Origin: Mustelus asterias
Taxonomy: Eukaryota
Length of the DNA: 64,000 bases
Direction: 5' to 3'
NCBI RefSeq assembly: GCF_964213995.1
Contig: NW_027590137.1
Span: 744,001-808,000, forward strand
The translations under genes and the position numbers were made by a program. Under the pieces are notes generated by a model that did not search any database, had not been told where the DNA came from, and worked only from the letters and a program-made list of their open reading frames with translations. This document shows positions 1 to 12,901 of this stretch, piece by piece. Position 1 is the stretch's first letter. Each line of letters begins with the position of its first letter.

Positions 1-780
1 TGGATAAATGCGAAGTGATGCATTTTGGAAGAAATAATGTCGGGAGGAGTTATACAATAAATGGCAGAGCCATCCAGAGTATAGAAACACGGACCTAGGT
101 GAGCAAGTCCACAAATCCTTGAAGGTGGCAACACAGTTGGAGAAGGTGGTGAAGAAGGCATATGGTATTCTTGCCTTTATAGGATGGGGTATAGAGTATA
201 AAAGCTGGAGTCTGATGATGCAGCTGTATAGAACGCTGGTTAGGCCACATTTGGAGTACTGTGTCCAGTTCTGGTCGCCGCACTACCAGAAGGACATGGA
301 GGCGTTAGAGAGAGTGCAGAGAAGGTTTACTAGGATGTTGCCTGGTATGGAGGGTCTTAGCGATGAGGAGAGATTGGGTAAACTGGGGTTGTTCTCCCTG
401 GAAAGACGGAGAATGAGTGGAGATCTAATAGAGGTGTACAAGGTTATGAAGGGGATAGATAGGGTGAACGGTGGGAAGCTTTTTCCCAGATCAGAAGTGA
501 CGATCACGAGGGGTCACGGGCTCAAGGTGAGAGGGGCAAAGTATAACTCAGATATTAGAGGGATGTTTTTTACACAGAGGGTGGTGGGAGCCTGGAATGC
601 GCTGCCAAGTAGGGTGGTGGAGGCAGACACGCTGACATCGTTTAAGACTTACCTGGATAGTCACATGAGCAGCCTGGGAATGGAGGGATACAAACGATTG
701 ATCTAGTTGGACCAATGAGCGGCACAGGCTTGGAGGGTCGAAGGGCCTGTTTCCTGTGCTGTACTGTTCTTTGTTCTTTG
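1..780 (+). mobile_element. CR1-type LINE, 3' part of ORF2 (RT C-terminus) plus 3' UTR, runs off window start
   Basis: ORF 119-706 has CR1 hallmarks (LYRTLVRPHLEYCVQFWSP, LERVQRRFTRM, LFSLERRR, FFTQRVVGAWNALP); ends in (GTTCTTT)n-like tail. Confidence 0.93.
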
Positions 781-782
781 AT

Positions 783-1250
783 ATAGAAACATAGAAGATA
801 GGAGCAGGAGGAGGCCATTTGGCCCCTCGAGCCTGCTCCGCCATTCATTACGATCATGGCTGATCATCCAACTAATCCTGCTTTTTCCCATAACCTGTGA
901 TCCCATTCGCCCCAAGTGCTTTATCCAGCCACCTCTTCAATACATTCAATGTTTTGGCATCAACTACTTCCTGTGGTAATAAATTCGACAGCTTCACCAC
1001 TCTTTGGGTGAAGAAATGTCTCCTCACCTCCGTCCTAAATGGTCTGCCCTGAATCCTCAGACTGTGCCCCCCGGTTCTGGACTCCATCGGGAACATCCTC
1101 CCTGCATCTATCCTGTCTCGACCTGTTAGAATTTTATAAGTCTCTTTGAGACTCCCCCCTCATTCATCTGAACTCCAACGAAAACAATCCTAACCTCGTC
1201 AGTCTCTCCTCCTACATCAGTCCCGCGATTCCCTGAATCAGCCTGGTGAA
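783..1250 (-). mobile_element. CR1-type LINE 3' fragment
   Basis: Minus ORF 872-1096 (RTGGHSLRI..FFTQRVV..LPQEVV); ATAGAAACATAGAA tail at 783. Confidence 0.85.
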
Positions 1251-2145
1251 CATTCTTTGCCCCCTCAGCTTAACACATTTATTTGTCTGTCTAAAAGGAT
1301 GGTCTCTTTCCTAATGTTCATAATTAAAGGGCAGCTTTCCCCAGGAGATGGCTGACATTTAAGGGGACAGTACATTAATATAGGACAGAGATATGTCTAG
1401 TGTTATTATATGGTACCCAGATTAGACATATTATTTATGTTTCTGTAATAAAATACATTTATTATTTCTTGCATTGTAATATGCTGCAGCGATGTTATAC
1501 ATTTCCAATCATAAAGTCATTACAGCACAGAAGGAATCCATTCGGTAACTCGAGTCCATGCTGACTCTCTGTATAACATTCCAGTCCCATTCCCACTCTA
1601 TATCCCATTTCCTGAAAGTTTATTTCGTTCAAGTGCCCATCCACTTTCATTTGTAAATAGAATCCATAGATATGGATGGAGATTTACAACTTTTTGGGAC
1701 TGAAATAGGAAAGAATGTTCCATAGAAACTAGAATTGTCTGCACTGAATTTATATCCTATACTGACACTGATGACTTTTGTAAACTCATTTTACAGGATA
1801 TTGAAAGAGGAATCACAGGCCGAAATCTCAAATGTCACGTCTAGACGTGACAGAGTCATATTCCTTGGGACCTCAATATCATCGGACTTTGAATCCAGAA
1901 GGAGAAATGATTGTCCAGTCTGTCGATTTGAAAAGATTTGAAATGTCAGTGTGAGTGAAAAAGCATCGACACACTGCCACACTTGAGTGAGAGTGTTCCA
2001 ATGCACTGACTAAAGAGCTTTAACCAGTTACACAATCTGAATAAATATCACACCATTCACAGCGGGGAGAGACTGTACCCGTGTTCTGTGTGTGGACGAA
2101 GTTTCAACTAATTGTCCACTCGAGAGTGGTAAGGACACCTGCACC

Positions 2146-2736
2146 ATGGAGAAACCATGGAAATGTGCGGACTGTGGCAAGAGATACAGAGCCCCATCTC
2201 AGCTGGAAATTCATCGGCGCAGCCACACTGGGCAGAGGCCATTCATCTGCTCTCAGTGTGGGAAGGGATTCACTGAGTCATCCAGCCTGCAGAGACACCA
2301 GCGAGTTCACACTGGGGAGAGGCCATTCACGTGTTCTCAATGTGGGGAGGGATTCACTCGATCTTCCGACCTGCCGGTCCATGAGCGCATTCACACTGGG
2401 GAGAGGCCGTTCACCTGCTCTCAGTGTGGGAAGAGATTCACTCAGTCTTCCAACCTGCGGATACACCAACGAGTTCACACCGGGGAGAGACCGTTCACCT
2501 GCTCTCAGTGTGGGAAGAGATTCACTCAGTCTTCCAACCTGCGGATACACCAGCGAGTTCACACTGGGGAGAGGCCGTTCACCTGCTCTCAGTGTGGGAA
2601 GGGATTCTGTGATTCATCCAACCTGCAGATACACCAGCGAGTTCACACTGGGGAGAGGCCGTTCACCTGCTCTCAGTGTGAGAAGAGATTCAGTCTTTCA
2701 TCCCACCTGCTGAGACACCAACAAGTTCACGAGTGA
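2146..2736 (+). CDS. Tandem C2H2 zinc-finger protein, 7 fingers (ZNF-A)
   Basis: ATG at 2146 (MEKPWKC...), 7 x C-x2-C-x12-H-x3-H with TGERPF linkers; candidate acceptor TTTTACAG ending ~1796. Confidence 0.88.
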   Translation: MEKPWKCADCGKRYRAPSQLEIHRRSHTGQRPFICSQCGKGFTESSSLQRHQRVHTGERPFTCSQCGEGFTRSSDLPVHERIHTGERPFTCSQCGKRFTQSSNLRIHQRVHTGERPFTCSQCGKRFTQSSNLRIHQRVHTGERPFTCSQCGKGFCDSSNLQIHQRVHTGERPFTCSQCEKRFSLSSHLLRHQQVHE

Positions 2737-3774
2737 TTCCAGGGGTTGGATTCTGCTGTTATTGTTTCTGCTCTCAATTACATCCAGGACTGCATTTTGT
2801 TCATTCTCACAGTTGGTCAATGGGGAGGGTCGGAGGGTTTCTTTCTGCTGGACTGGCTGGTCTCATGACTTTGCCTCCAGTGGGCTGATGCTCTTTGAGT
2901 CTGTTGCGAATACATGGTTTCAAATTTCTCAAGGATCACAGAGTGACAGGGTGTTAGGAAGTTAAGAGTCACTATTTCTGTTTGAAACCCCCCAAACGCC
3001 CATCCAATTTCCTTTGTAATTGTTCATTGTCTCCACTTCCTCCACCCTCGTACGCAGCGAGTTCCAGGTCATTACCATTCGCTGCATCAAAATATTCTTC
3101 CTCCCATCCCTCCCTGCATCTCTGACCCAAAACCATAAATCTGTGTCCCCCTCGTCCTTGTCCCATCAGCTAATGGGAACAGCTTTTCTTTGTCCACCTT
3201 TTCTAAAACTGCCAGAATCTTGTCCACCTCTATCAAATCTCCCCTCAACCTCCTTTTCTCCAAGGGGAACAACCCCAGCCTGACATTGACAATAAAGAAC
3301 AAACTACCAGAATATGTTAATACCTGAAATCAAATGGGATTGTTGAATTTTTGTTTTAAAGATATTGTGAATATATTGTCCTGGACAATAAAGGAATTGG
3401 AATAACTCACCTTGGGTGTGGTTGAATGGAATATATCAATCTGATATCCACCTACAGTCCAGTGAAAGTCTGGAATGTGTAGCTGGAAATCCCTCCCTCA
3501 CAGCACTGTGGATGTACCTACACCTCAAGCATAATAGCAGTGAAAGAAGGCAGTGTTGGGGTTGACCATGGCCGAGGCAGCTACATACAGCCACATATTC
3601 TGTTATAATTGAAGGACAGCAGATTGAATGTGAGGCATTATGGGACTGGACTATCTTGACCACATTCCTGTGACTGCTCAGTTTCTGCAATCACGGACCA
3701 TTAAAGCTGCTTAGCAGGGTCCCAACAGAGGACCTGGTGAAAATATTTACTCAGAATGAGTTCGAATTAAACTA

Positions 3775-4098
3775 GGGCGGCACGGTGGCACAGTGGTTAG
3801 CACTGCTGCCTCACAGGTCCAGGGATCCGGGCTCGATTCCCAGCTTGGGTCACTGTCTGTGTGGAGTTTGCACATTCTCCCCGTGTCTGTGTAGGTTTCC
3901 TCCGGGTGCTCCGGTTTCCTCCCACAGTCCAAAGATGTGTGGGTTAGGTGGATTGGCCATGCTAAATTGCCCCTTCATGTCAGGGGGACTAGCCAGGGTA
4001 AATGCGTGGGGTTATGGGGATAGGGTCGGTGGGATTGTGGTTGTTGCAGACTTGATGGGCTGAATGGCCTCCTTCTGCACTGTAGAGATTCTGTGAGA
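3775..4098 (+). mobile_element. HE1/V-SINE-type tRNA-derived SINE with CR1-like tail
   Basis: A box TGGCACAGTGG, B-box-like GGCTCGATTCC, central GGTTTCCTCCGGGTGCTCCGGTTTCCTCCCAC; absent from the paralogous site at ~10235 (empty site). Confidence 0.9.
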
Positions 4099-4434
4099 TT
4101 ATTGCAGGACCGGCTGGTGTTCAGCGGCTGAGATACCAGGATTCTAAAAATGGGGTCTGACTAATCAAAACTTGATTCTAATGATTATAATCTGACCCAT
4201 TTTCAGCCATGTTTAAATTATTTTATCATAAAGGACTGTGAGGGACTTGTGACCTGATTGTTGGTGAAGTGACGGTATACTCCAAGTAGTACTGGACTGA
4301 AAAGTAAAAATCTGAGTAGATTCTAATGATTATAATCTTACCCAAGCATAGCCAGTGAAAAATCAGAGCTCGAGTGGGGACCGGACAGGTCTCTTACCTG
4401 CCATTTGGGAACTAAGAACAAGAAACTTATCGAT

Positions 4435-4638
4435 TAAAATGATTAGAGAATAGAGCCAATCTTTCGAGTCTGGATGACACTTCATAAGAGCTCTTATAAA
4501 GGGTCATCCAGACTCGAATCATTGGCTCTATTCTCTCTCCACAGATGCTGTCAGACCCGCTGAGATTTTCCAGCATTTTCTGTTTTTGTTTCAGATTCCA
4601 GCATCCGCAGTATTTTACTTTTATGATAAAATGATTAG
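4435..4638. mobile_element. Short PLE-derived (family B) insertion with palindromic 5' part and ~12-14 bp TSD
   Basis: TAAAATGATTAG at 4435-4446 and 4627-4638; ~45-bp-arm palindrome centred on AAGAGCTCTT; degenerate hammerhead-like GGGTCATCCAGACTCGAA. Confidence 0.6.
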
Positions 4639-6831
4639 TTCTGATTGGAATCCCCAGGACCCTCCCGTAAAACAGAGGGAGTGGTGGCAGAAGGAGAAAA
4701 AGGATAAGGATGATAAAGTCTGGGTTCTGATTCTCCGAGCCCATGTAAAATAAACAAAATGAGTGAACCAGTTTATAAAGAACAGAAGTTACCCATCCCT
4801 AACAAAAACTGATCAAATAAAAATAATTAGGTTGAGGAATATAACAAAAAATTTAAGAGATGAAGTTTAAAATGATTTGTTTTGTTTTAAACTTGTGTAA
4901 AGTGATGTAATTGTGTGCCAAGTTTTTGCTGCTCACTCCCCATCCCTTTAGGTTCTGTAGAAAAGTTAACCCTTTCAGCAGACAGTTCATTTGTTTTTAA
5001 ATCGCCAAAAAACTTGTGTCTATTTTAGTTTATAATTGAAGATTTATGGGGGGCTAAGATGGGCTTTTGACATTTTTTAAGTATAAAAAAGTGGTCTTGA
5101 GAAGGCAATTTGGTAGAGAGAGGTGGAGGGAGAGATGTTTACAGAGAGGTGTTGAGAGCTGTTGGTTTTACAAGTTATCCACGTTTTTGGAGCGGTCACT
5201 TCATGTCCTGGTCTGAGAGGGATGGAGAGAAGTCTGTTCAATTGTTAAAGTTAAACTTTCTCTATTAACTGTTAATCGACACTCTGTTTTTTATCTTTCT
5301 GACTTGATACATTTTTAATGATTAATAAACTTTCTGAATTCACCATTTAAAGTGTTCTTTCTTGCCACATGGTCAAGACACTGGAACCTGGTGTGATTTA
5401 CGATGAGGGAGGTTTTTGTAAACAAGAGAACCCCCATAAATCTTAGTTCAAATAAATCAAAGTTCTTACAAATGGAATGCAATCTTTTATTACGAGAGAA
5501 ATTGACCGCAGAAGTAAAGATATTATGCTTCAGTTATACAGGGCGTTGCTGAGACTGCATCTTGAATACGTGCAGTTTTGTCTCCTATTTAAGAAATGAT
5601 ACAAATGCATTGAAAGTGGTTCAGAGGAGGTTTAATAGATTGCTTCCCAATTCTTGACCCTCACAGGATATATTTTGTCCGATTTTTCTTGTCTTCATCT
5701 CTGACAAAGAGTAATCCTGACTCAAAATGTTGCCTCTATTCTCTCTACAGATGCTGTCAGACTTGCTGAGATTGTCCAGCATTTTCTGTTTTTGTTTCAG
5801 ATTCCAAAAACAGCAGAATTTTGCCTTTATACTGATTCTTGTTCGATAAGGGCATCAAAAGTATCAGGTATAGCACGAGAACGCAACACAAAAAGATCAG
5901 CCATGATCTAAATAAACGGTGGAGCAGACTCAAAGGGCCAAATGGCCAATTTCTGCTCCGATGTCGAATGTTGGTCACAAATTCCTGAGAATTGTGAAAC
6001 AAGGCTGGAAGATTCGCCTTGCTTGTGTGAGTGGGAAAATGTCCAGGAGAACCATCACTGTGAAGGACAGTTCTGGGATTAAAGGTTGTCAGACTGGAAA
6101 AGGAAAACAATGGAAATAAACCCTTGAGGAGTGAAAAATCACTTTGGGCTGGTTTTTGGAGAAAGAGTGTCAACATTCCAAGGCAGAGTAAAATATATCC
6201 ATTGAGTGGATATTTAATGGTGTTCAGAGTAAAAGGGCAAAGTTTAATTTTACAGTTTAAGGACTATGTTCCCTTCAAAAAAGTGTTTAATCATTGTTGC
6301 CTCCAGTTTGTTGGAGTAAACATCAGAAAACTTGAAGTTTTGTCATGTGAATCTTTAATTTGTTTACTGGGTTCAGAATTCATTTTTAAAAATTGTTGAT
6401 CATCAGAGATCCTAACAGTTCATTTAAAGCCACACGTTTTGACTTCCCATTTGAGCCTGTGGCACCTTTCTGTCTCTCTATTGCTCGTGTCAATGACAGC
6501 CAGGCGACGGAGCTGAGGGCTGAATTTAGCTGAGAATAATGGGGCCTGCGTCCCAGTTGGGAAACTGCCCTGGGCGTCGCACTAATGGAGAGACAGGAAA
6601 GTGTTGGAGGACTGAGTGGGAAATGGGCCTCCAACCAATTGTTATATCAGTCACTCAGAACTAAAGAGAAACCTGTCTCTTTAAATACATATACAGGGAA
6701 GAGGCTGCACTGAAATCTGCCCTTCAAACCTGCACAAAAGCAGGAGGCTGAGATTGACAGGCTGCAGGAGGAGTCCATTCAGCCCATCATGTTCTGCTAT
6801 CTCTTTGAAAGGACTCTGATTCATCCAACTG

Positions 6832-6921
6832 CTCTGTTCTTTCCTGCTCTGTGCTTTTGCTACCAAATAAACCTGTTGGACTTTAACCTGGTGTTGTTAA
6901 ACTTCTTACTCTGTTCTTTCC
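6832..6921 (+). mobile_element. Tiny Penelope-like terminal fragment with 13-bp TSD
   Basis: GCTTTTGCTACCAAATAAACCTGTTGGACTTTAACCTGGTGTTGTTAAACTTCTTA flanked by CTCTGTTCTTTCC at 6832-6844 and 6909-6921. Confidence 0.75.
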
Positions 6922-7394
6922 CCACAGCCCTGCAAATTCTTCCCTTTCAAGTCTTTACCCTTTGGAAAGATTCGCTTGAATCTGCTTTCAGGCAGATCAG
7001 AACAACTCGCTGTGTCAAACAATAAAATAAAATCTCATCTCCCCCTCTGGCTCCTTTGGCAATTACCTTAGAGGGATTCACTTTCTGTTAAAGAGCCTGC
7101 CAACCCCTCTCACCCACTTTCCCTAAAGTGCATCAATTTCATCAGGAAAAATCCAGAACAGTCAAATATTTTTACTGATAAAAGTTTATCAATGAAACAG
7201 AACATGGTTAAAACAAAGAGAAAATGACTTGAGGATCAAAGACAACCAGAGTAAAAGGATGTTCACAATGTTCTGGACACAAATGGTTTCTCTTTATCTG
7301 TTCCCTGACCTCTTTGTGGTAAAGGCAGAATTCTCTGGATAGTAAATTTAAAAAGAAGTTTATTGAATGAAAAAGGTTCACTGAACAACTGAAC

Positions 7395-7670
7395 ACAGTG
7401 GCATAGTGGTTACTGCTGCCTTACAGCGTCCTGGCTTGGGTCCCTGTCTGTGTGGAGTCTGCACATTCTCCCCATGTCTGCATGGGTTTCCTCCGTGTCC
7501 TCCGGTTTCCTCCCACAGCCCAATGATGTGCAGGTTAGGTGGATTGGCTATGCTAAATTCTCATTCAGTGTACCTGAACAGGCGCCAGAGTGTGGCAACT
7601 CGGGGAATTTCACAGTAACTTCATTGCAGCGTGAATGTAAGCTTCTTTGTGACTGATAAATAAACTTTAA
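7395..7670 (+). mobile_element. HE1-like SINE, alternative AATAAA-ending tail
   Basis: V-SINE central motif plus tail ...CACAGTAACTTCATTGCAG...ATAAATAAACTTT. Confidence 0.8.
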
Positions 7671-8127
7671 GACATTGACTTTCACAGCTTCATGCGGGTG
7701 ATCAGTCTGTAGAAGAGTAACCCTCTCTGGCTCCTTCTTTGACAGGAATTCTTGTGGAATTCAGCTTTGGGAGTCTGGCTCCTTCTTTGACAGGAATTTC
7801 CTTGGAACTCAGCCTTTGGAGTTTTCAGAATTTGGTTCACAAGGAAGACCTTCAGAACCTCTACTTTTATCCCCAAAGTGACCGTTACCACACGTCAGAG
7901 TTGGGCCTGTTGTAACATGACAATTGGTCAATTTGGTCTCCAGATTAATTGAATTGGATCCTCAATTACTGACACCACTTTCTCTCATTATCTTAGACAG
8001 GAATACAAGAGAACTGGTTCATGCTCTCCCTTTATCTGATTCTATACAATCCCCTTATTCGCACATTTCAAATGTTGAGGCTAATCAGAGCTTGAAGATC
8101 TGTCTCGCCAGTACACTACGCCAGCTG

Positions 8128-8432
8128 CGGCACAGTGGCACAGTGGTTAGCATTGCTGCCTCACAGCGCCAGGGATCTGGTTTTGATTCTCAGCTTGGGT
8201 CACTGTCCATGTGGTGTCTGCATGTTCTTCCCGTGTCTGCGTGGTGTTCCTCCAGCTGCTCCTGTTTCCTCCCACAGTCTGAAAGATGTGCTGGTTAGGG
8301 TGCATTGGCTGTGCTAAATTCTCCCTCAGTGTAACCCGAACAGGCGCCGGAGTGTGGTGACGAGGGGATTTTCACAGTCACTTCATTGCAGTGTTAATGT
8401 GAGCCTACTTGTGACACAAATAAATAAACTTT
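8128..8432 (+). mobile_element. HE1-like SINE, alternative tail
   Basis: tRNA-like head GGCACAGTGGCACAGTGGTTAGCA, central motif, same tail as 7395 copy. Confidence 0.85.
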
Positions 8433-11252
8433 AAAAATTTATCTTCATTTCACATTTGTTACATACACAGCAATTAAGCTTTTACATTTTAACAGCAAAT
8501 AAAAACTCAGTCTTTTACTATAACGACTGATTCATTAATTGTAACTCAATTAAGTGTCACTGCTTATTCAATCACCATGATGCCCCCTCCGTGGCCAATT
8601 CCTGAACACCCCCCCCCGTGCACATCCATCCCCCTTGGCAGAGATTCACCCCCCCCCCAACCGATCACCCTCCCCCATGCAAAGCTCCCCCCTTGGCGTC
8701 CACCCTTCTTGCATAAGCCCCCAGTCATTATAAATACCCCTCCACTAAGCCCCACCCCCACCCATCCCCTTGGCACTGCCCATGGTACACTTATGGTGCT
8801 CAACTGGGCACTGCCAGGTTGCCAGGAGGGTACTGAATGTGGCGTTGCTCAATGGGCACTGCCCCTGACCACCATGGTGGCTTCAATGGCCTCCGATCCC
8901 ACACACACAGCCCCCCCACACAACACACCCAGTGTGGCCCAAGCACCTGGTCCCTGCTGGTGAAGACCAGTAGTGATTCTCGGCGATGTGACGTCTTGCC
9001 AGCGAGGGGGGGAAGCAGCCATGCTGAACCCACCAATCACATTGTAATGTAGGCAACTCTATGCAAATAGCCTTCACTCCCTTTCTGGGAATGAAGCCGG
9101 CAAAACACAGGCCGGAAAGATAGCAATCCTTTAGTCTCGCACGCTATCTTCCTGGCTCACCGGTCTAATCGAGCGGCGAGTCGAGCCGGTAAGATCGCCC
9201 CCTGTATCTTTCTTTCACACTCAGACTGAACAATCAGCCTTATTCTTGAGGCAGATTTCACAGAATATAATGTCCTCTCGCTGATCAAAATGAAAGAAGA
9301 AACTCTTAGTTTAAACAATTCCTGCTCGCTGCACAGATTCCACAAGCATTGAGGTGAATACAGTGTGGTAACAACAAAATGACAATACAGTTCAGTAACA
9401 ACAAAACAAACTTTTTTAAACGTCATCTTTTTTTGTTATACTCCTCAACCTAATTATTTTAATTTGATCAGTTTTTGTTAGGGATGGGTAACTTCTGTTC
9501 TTTATAAACTGGTTCACTCATTTTGTTAATTCTACATGGGCTCGGAGAATCAGAACCCAGACTTTATCATCCTTATCCTTTTTCTCCCTTTACCACCACT
9601 CCCTCTGTTTTGCGGGAGGGTCGTGGGGATTCCAATCAGAACTAATCATTTTATCATAAAAGTGAAATATTGCGGATGCTGGAATCTGAAACAAAAACAG
9701 AAAATGATGGAAAGTCTCAACAGGTCTGACAGCATCTGTGGAGAGAGAATAGAGCGGCTGGAAGATCTCAGCAGGTCTGGCAGCATCTTTGGAGAGAGAA
9801 TAGAGCCAATGTTTTGAGTCTGGATGAGCTTCTTACAAAGTGTCATCCAGAATCGAAACGTTGGCTCTATTCTCTAATCATTTTATCTGTAAGCTTCTTG
9901 TTCTTAGTTTCCAAATGACAGGTAAGAGACCTGTCTGGTCCCCACTCAAGCTTTGATTTTTCACTGGCCATGCTTGGGTAGGATTATAACTGTTAGAATC
10001 TACTCTCAGAGATCTGGTTTTGAGTCCAGTGCTACTTGGAGTATACCGTCACTTCACCAAATATCGGGTCACAAGTCCCTCACAGTTCTTCTCACAAATT
10101 GACGATAGGTTAAGCAATGGTTCAGAACGCTTTTTAACTTCTTAACCAACTACCTAGTACTGTTTGTTGATTGGTCAGACCCCCTTTTTACAGATTCAGG
10201 AATCTCAGCTGCTGAACACCAGCCGGTCCTGGAATAAGTTTAATTCTAACTCATTCTGAGTAAATATTCTCACCAGGTCCTCTGTTGGGGCCCTGCTAAG
10301 CAGCTTTACTGGTCCGTGATTGCAGAAACTGAGCAGTCACAGGAATGTGGTCAAGATAGTCCAGTCCCATAATGCCTTACATTCAATCTGCAGTCCTTCA
10401 ATTATAACAGAATATGTGGCTGTATGTAGCTGCCTCGGCCATGGTCAACCCCAACACTGCCTTCTTGAACTGCTACAATGCCTGAGGTGTAAGTACACCC
10501 ACAGTGCTGTTAGGGAGGGAGACTGTCAGTGGATACCAGATTGATATATTCCATTCAACCACACCCAAGGTGAGTTATTCCAATTCCTTTATTGTCCAGG
10601 ACAATATATTCACAATATCTTTAAAACAGAAATTAAACATTCCCATTTGATTTCAGGTATTAACATATTCTGTTGGTTTGTTCTTTATTGTCAATGTCAG
10701 GCTGGGGTTGTTCCCCTTGGAGCAAAGGAGGTTGAGGTGAGATTTGATAGAGGTGGACAAAATTCTGACAGGTTTAGATAAGGTGGACAAAGAAAAGCTG
10801 TTCCCATTAGCTGATGGGACAAGGATGAGGGGGGTCACAGATTTATGGTTTTGGGTCAGAGAGGAAGGGGGGATGTGAGGAAGAATATTTTGATGCAGCG
10901 AATGGTAATGACCTGGAACTCGCTGCCTACGAGGGTGGAGGAAGTGGAGACAATAAACAATTACAAAGGAAATTGGATGGGCATTTGGGGCGTTTCAAAC
11001 AGAAATGCTGACTAAATATCTCTGAACTTCCTCACACCCTGTCACTCTGTGATCCGTGTGAAATCTGAAACCAAGTATTCGCAACAAGACGCACAGAGCA
11101 TCAGCCCACTGTAGGCAAAGCCATGAGACCGGCCAGTCCAGCAGAAAGAAACCCTCTGACCCTCCCCATTGACCAACTGTGAGAATGAATAAAATGCAGT
11201 CCTGGATGTAATTGAGAGCAGAAACAATAACAGCAGAATCCAACCCCTGGAA

Positions 11253-11759
11253 TCACTCGTGAACTTGTTGGTGTCTCAGCAGGTGGGATGAAACTCTGAA
11301 TCCCTTCCCACACTGAGAGCAGGTGAACGGCCTCTCCCCAGTGTGAACTCGCTGGTGTGTCCGCAGGCTGGATAATTGACTGAACCCCTTCTCACACTGA
11401 GAGCAGGTGAACGGTCTCTCCCCAGTGTGAACTCGCTGGTGTGTCTGCAGGGTGGATAACCGAGTGAATCCCTCCCCACACTGAGAGCAGGTGAACGGTC
11501 TCTCCCCAGTGTGAACACGCAGGTGCATCTGCAGGCTGGATAATCGACTGAAACCCTTCCCACACTGAGAGCAGGTGAACGGTCTCTCCCCAGTGTGAAC
11601 TCGCTGGTGTGTCCGCAGGTTGGATAACTGAGTGAATCACTTCCCACACTGAGAGCAGGTGAACGGCCTCTCCCCAGTGTGGCTGCGCCGATGAGCTTCC
11701 AGCTCTGATGGGACTCTGTATCTCTTTCCACAATCCGCACATTTCCATGGTTTCTCCAT
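11253..11759 (-). pseudogene. C2H2 zinc-finger paralogue of ZNF-A, 6 fingers, premature stop in finger 2 (ZNF-B)
   Basis: ATG at 11759 ([10 protein letters not shown]); in-frame TGA at 11639-11637 (CGK*FTQ); frame otherwise open to 11253. Confidence 0.85.
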
Positions 11760-12257
11760 GGTGCAGGTGTCCTTTCCTCTCTCATGGGTGGCCAATCAGT
11801 TGAAGCCTTGTCCACGCACAGAACACGAGTACCGTCTCTCCCTGCTGTGAATGGTGTGATATTTATTCAGGCTGTGTAACTGGTTAAAGCTCTTTAGTCA
11901 GTGCACTGGAACACTCTCACTCGAGTGTGGCAGTGTGTTGGTGCTTTTCCAGTCACACTGATGTTTGAAATCTTTTCAAATCGACAGACCGGACAACCAT
12001 TTCTCCTTCTAGATTCAAAGTCCGATGATATTCAGCTCCCAAGGGATATGACTCTGTCAGATCTGACGTGACGTTTGAGATTTCGGGCTGTGATTCCTCT
12101 TTCAATATCCTGTAAAATGAGGTTACAAAAGTCATCAGTGTCAGTACAGGATAGAAATTCAGGGCAGGATTCTATATAAAAATGAAACTGGATGGGCACT
12201 TGAAGGAAATAAACTTTCAGGAGAATGGGGATATAGGGTGGGAATGGGACTGGAATG

Positions 12258-12901
12258 CAACCACATCCAAATTCCTCGTGCGCATTAAGGCCCCAAGTTC
12301 GTCTGTTTTACCTGCTACGCTCCTTGCATTGAAGTATAAGCACTCCAGACCCCCAGGCTCAGTGAGGTCGTCCTCCCCCAGAGTGCTCCTCTTCTTTGCC
12401 AGCCTTGTCCCAGCCCCAAGCTCGTCCCCAGCCACCACACTTATAGACCTAATAGTTTGATCCCCACCCCCCTGCCATACTAGTTTAAACCCCCCCGAAC
12501 TGCATTAGCAAAGCTCCCAGCCAGGATATTTGTGCCCTTCCAACTTAGTTGTGACACCTCCCTCTTGTACAGGTGCCATCCTCTCCTGAAAACCTCCCAT
12601 GTCTGGAGACAATACACATCTTTTTAGCCTGTCTTGATGCTCTCTCCACTCCCATTGTTTTGTTTCTTAAAGACTGGATTAGTTGTAAGTATTCGCATTC
12701 CAACCATTATTCATGTAAATTGAGTCTGTGTCTTTATAAGTTCTGTTTGTGAACAGAATTCCCACTCACCTGAAGAAGGGGCTTAGAGCCTCGAAAGCTT
12801 GTGTGGCTTTTGCTACCAAATAAACCTGTTGGACTTTAACCTGGTGTTGTTAAACTTCTTACTGTGTTTACCCCAGTCCAACGCCGGCATCTCCACATCA
12901 T
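12258..12901. mobile_element. Composite insertion: CR1 ORF2 N-terminal fragment (-) fused to Penelope-like terminus (+), 10-bp TSD
   Basis: GACTGGAATG at 12248-12257 and 12902-12911, single copy at paralogous empty site 1577-1586; CLYFNARS..KTDEL endonuclease start; PLE end ACGCCGGCATCTCCACATCAT. Confidence 0.8.
12763..12806 (+). ncRNA. Minimal type I hammerhead ribozyme motif in PLE terminus
   Basis: CTGAAGA-a-GGGGC ttaga GCCTC-GAAA-gc-TT with short stem I. Confidence 0.65.

Larger units (their letters stand above)
1213..4887 (+). repeat. Left arm of inverted segmental duplication (partner ~9402-13280)
   Basis: Sequence from 1213 is the reverse complement of ~13140-13280, and 4741-4887 of ~9402-9540; near-identical flank ORFs 3436-3690(-)/10320-10544(+) and 4427-4744(-)/9536-9817(+). 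Confidence 0.92.

Noticed and set aside
2081-2713. Long alternative-frame ORFs over ZNF arrays ([16 protein letters not shown] repeats; also 11276-11815, 18038-18520)
   Set aside because: Shadow frames of the repetitive finger codons, not independent genes
3785-4063. Recurrent MAQWLALLPH / MVSTAASQ / MDCGRKPEHP ORFs
   Set aside because: Translations of HE1-type SINE copies
8560-9205. Proline-rich ORF 8577-8963 in C-rich sequence
   Set aside because: Low-complexity repeat-like DNA, probably a non-autonomous element fragment; no gene structure
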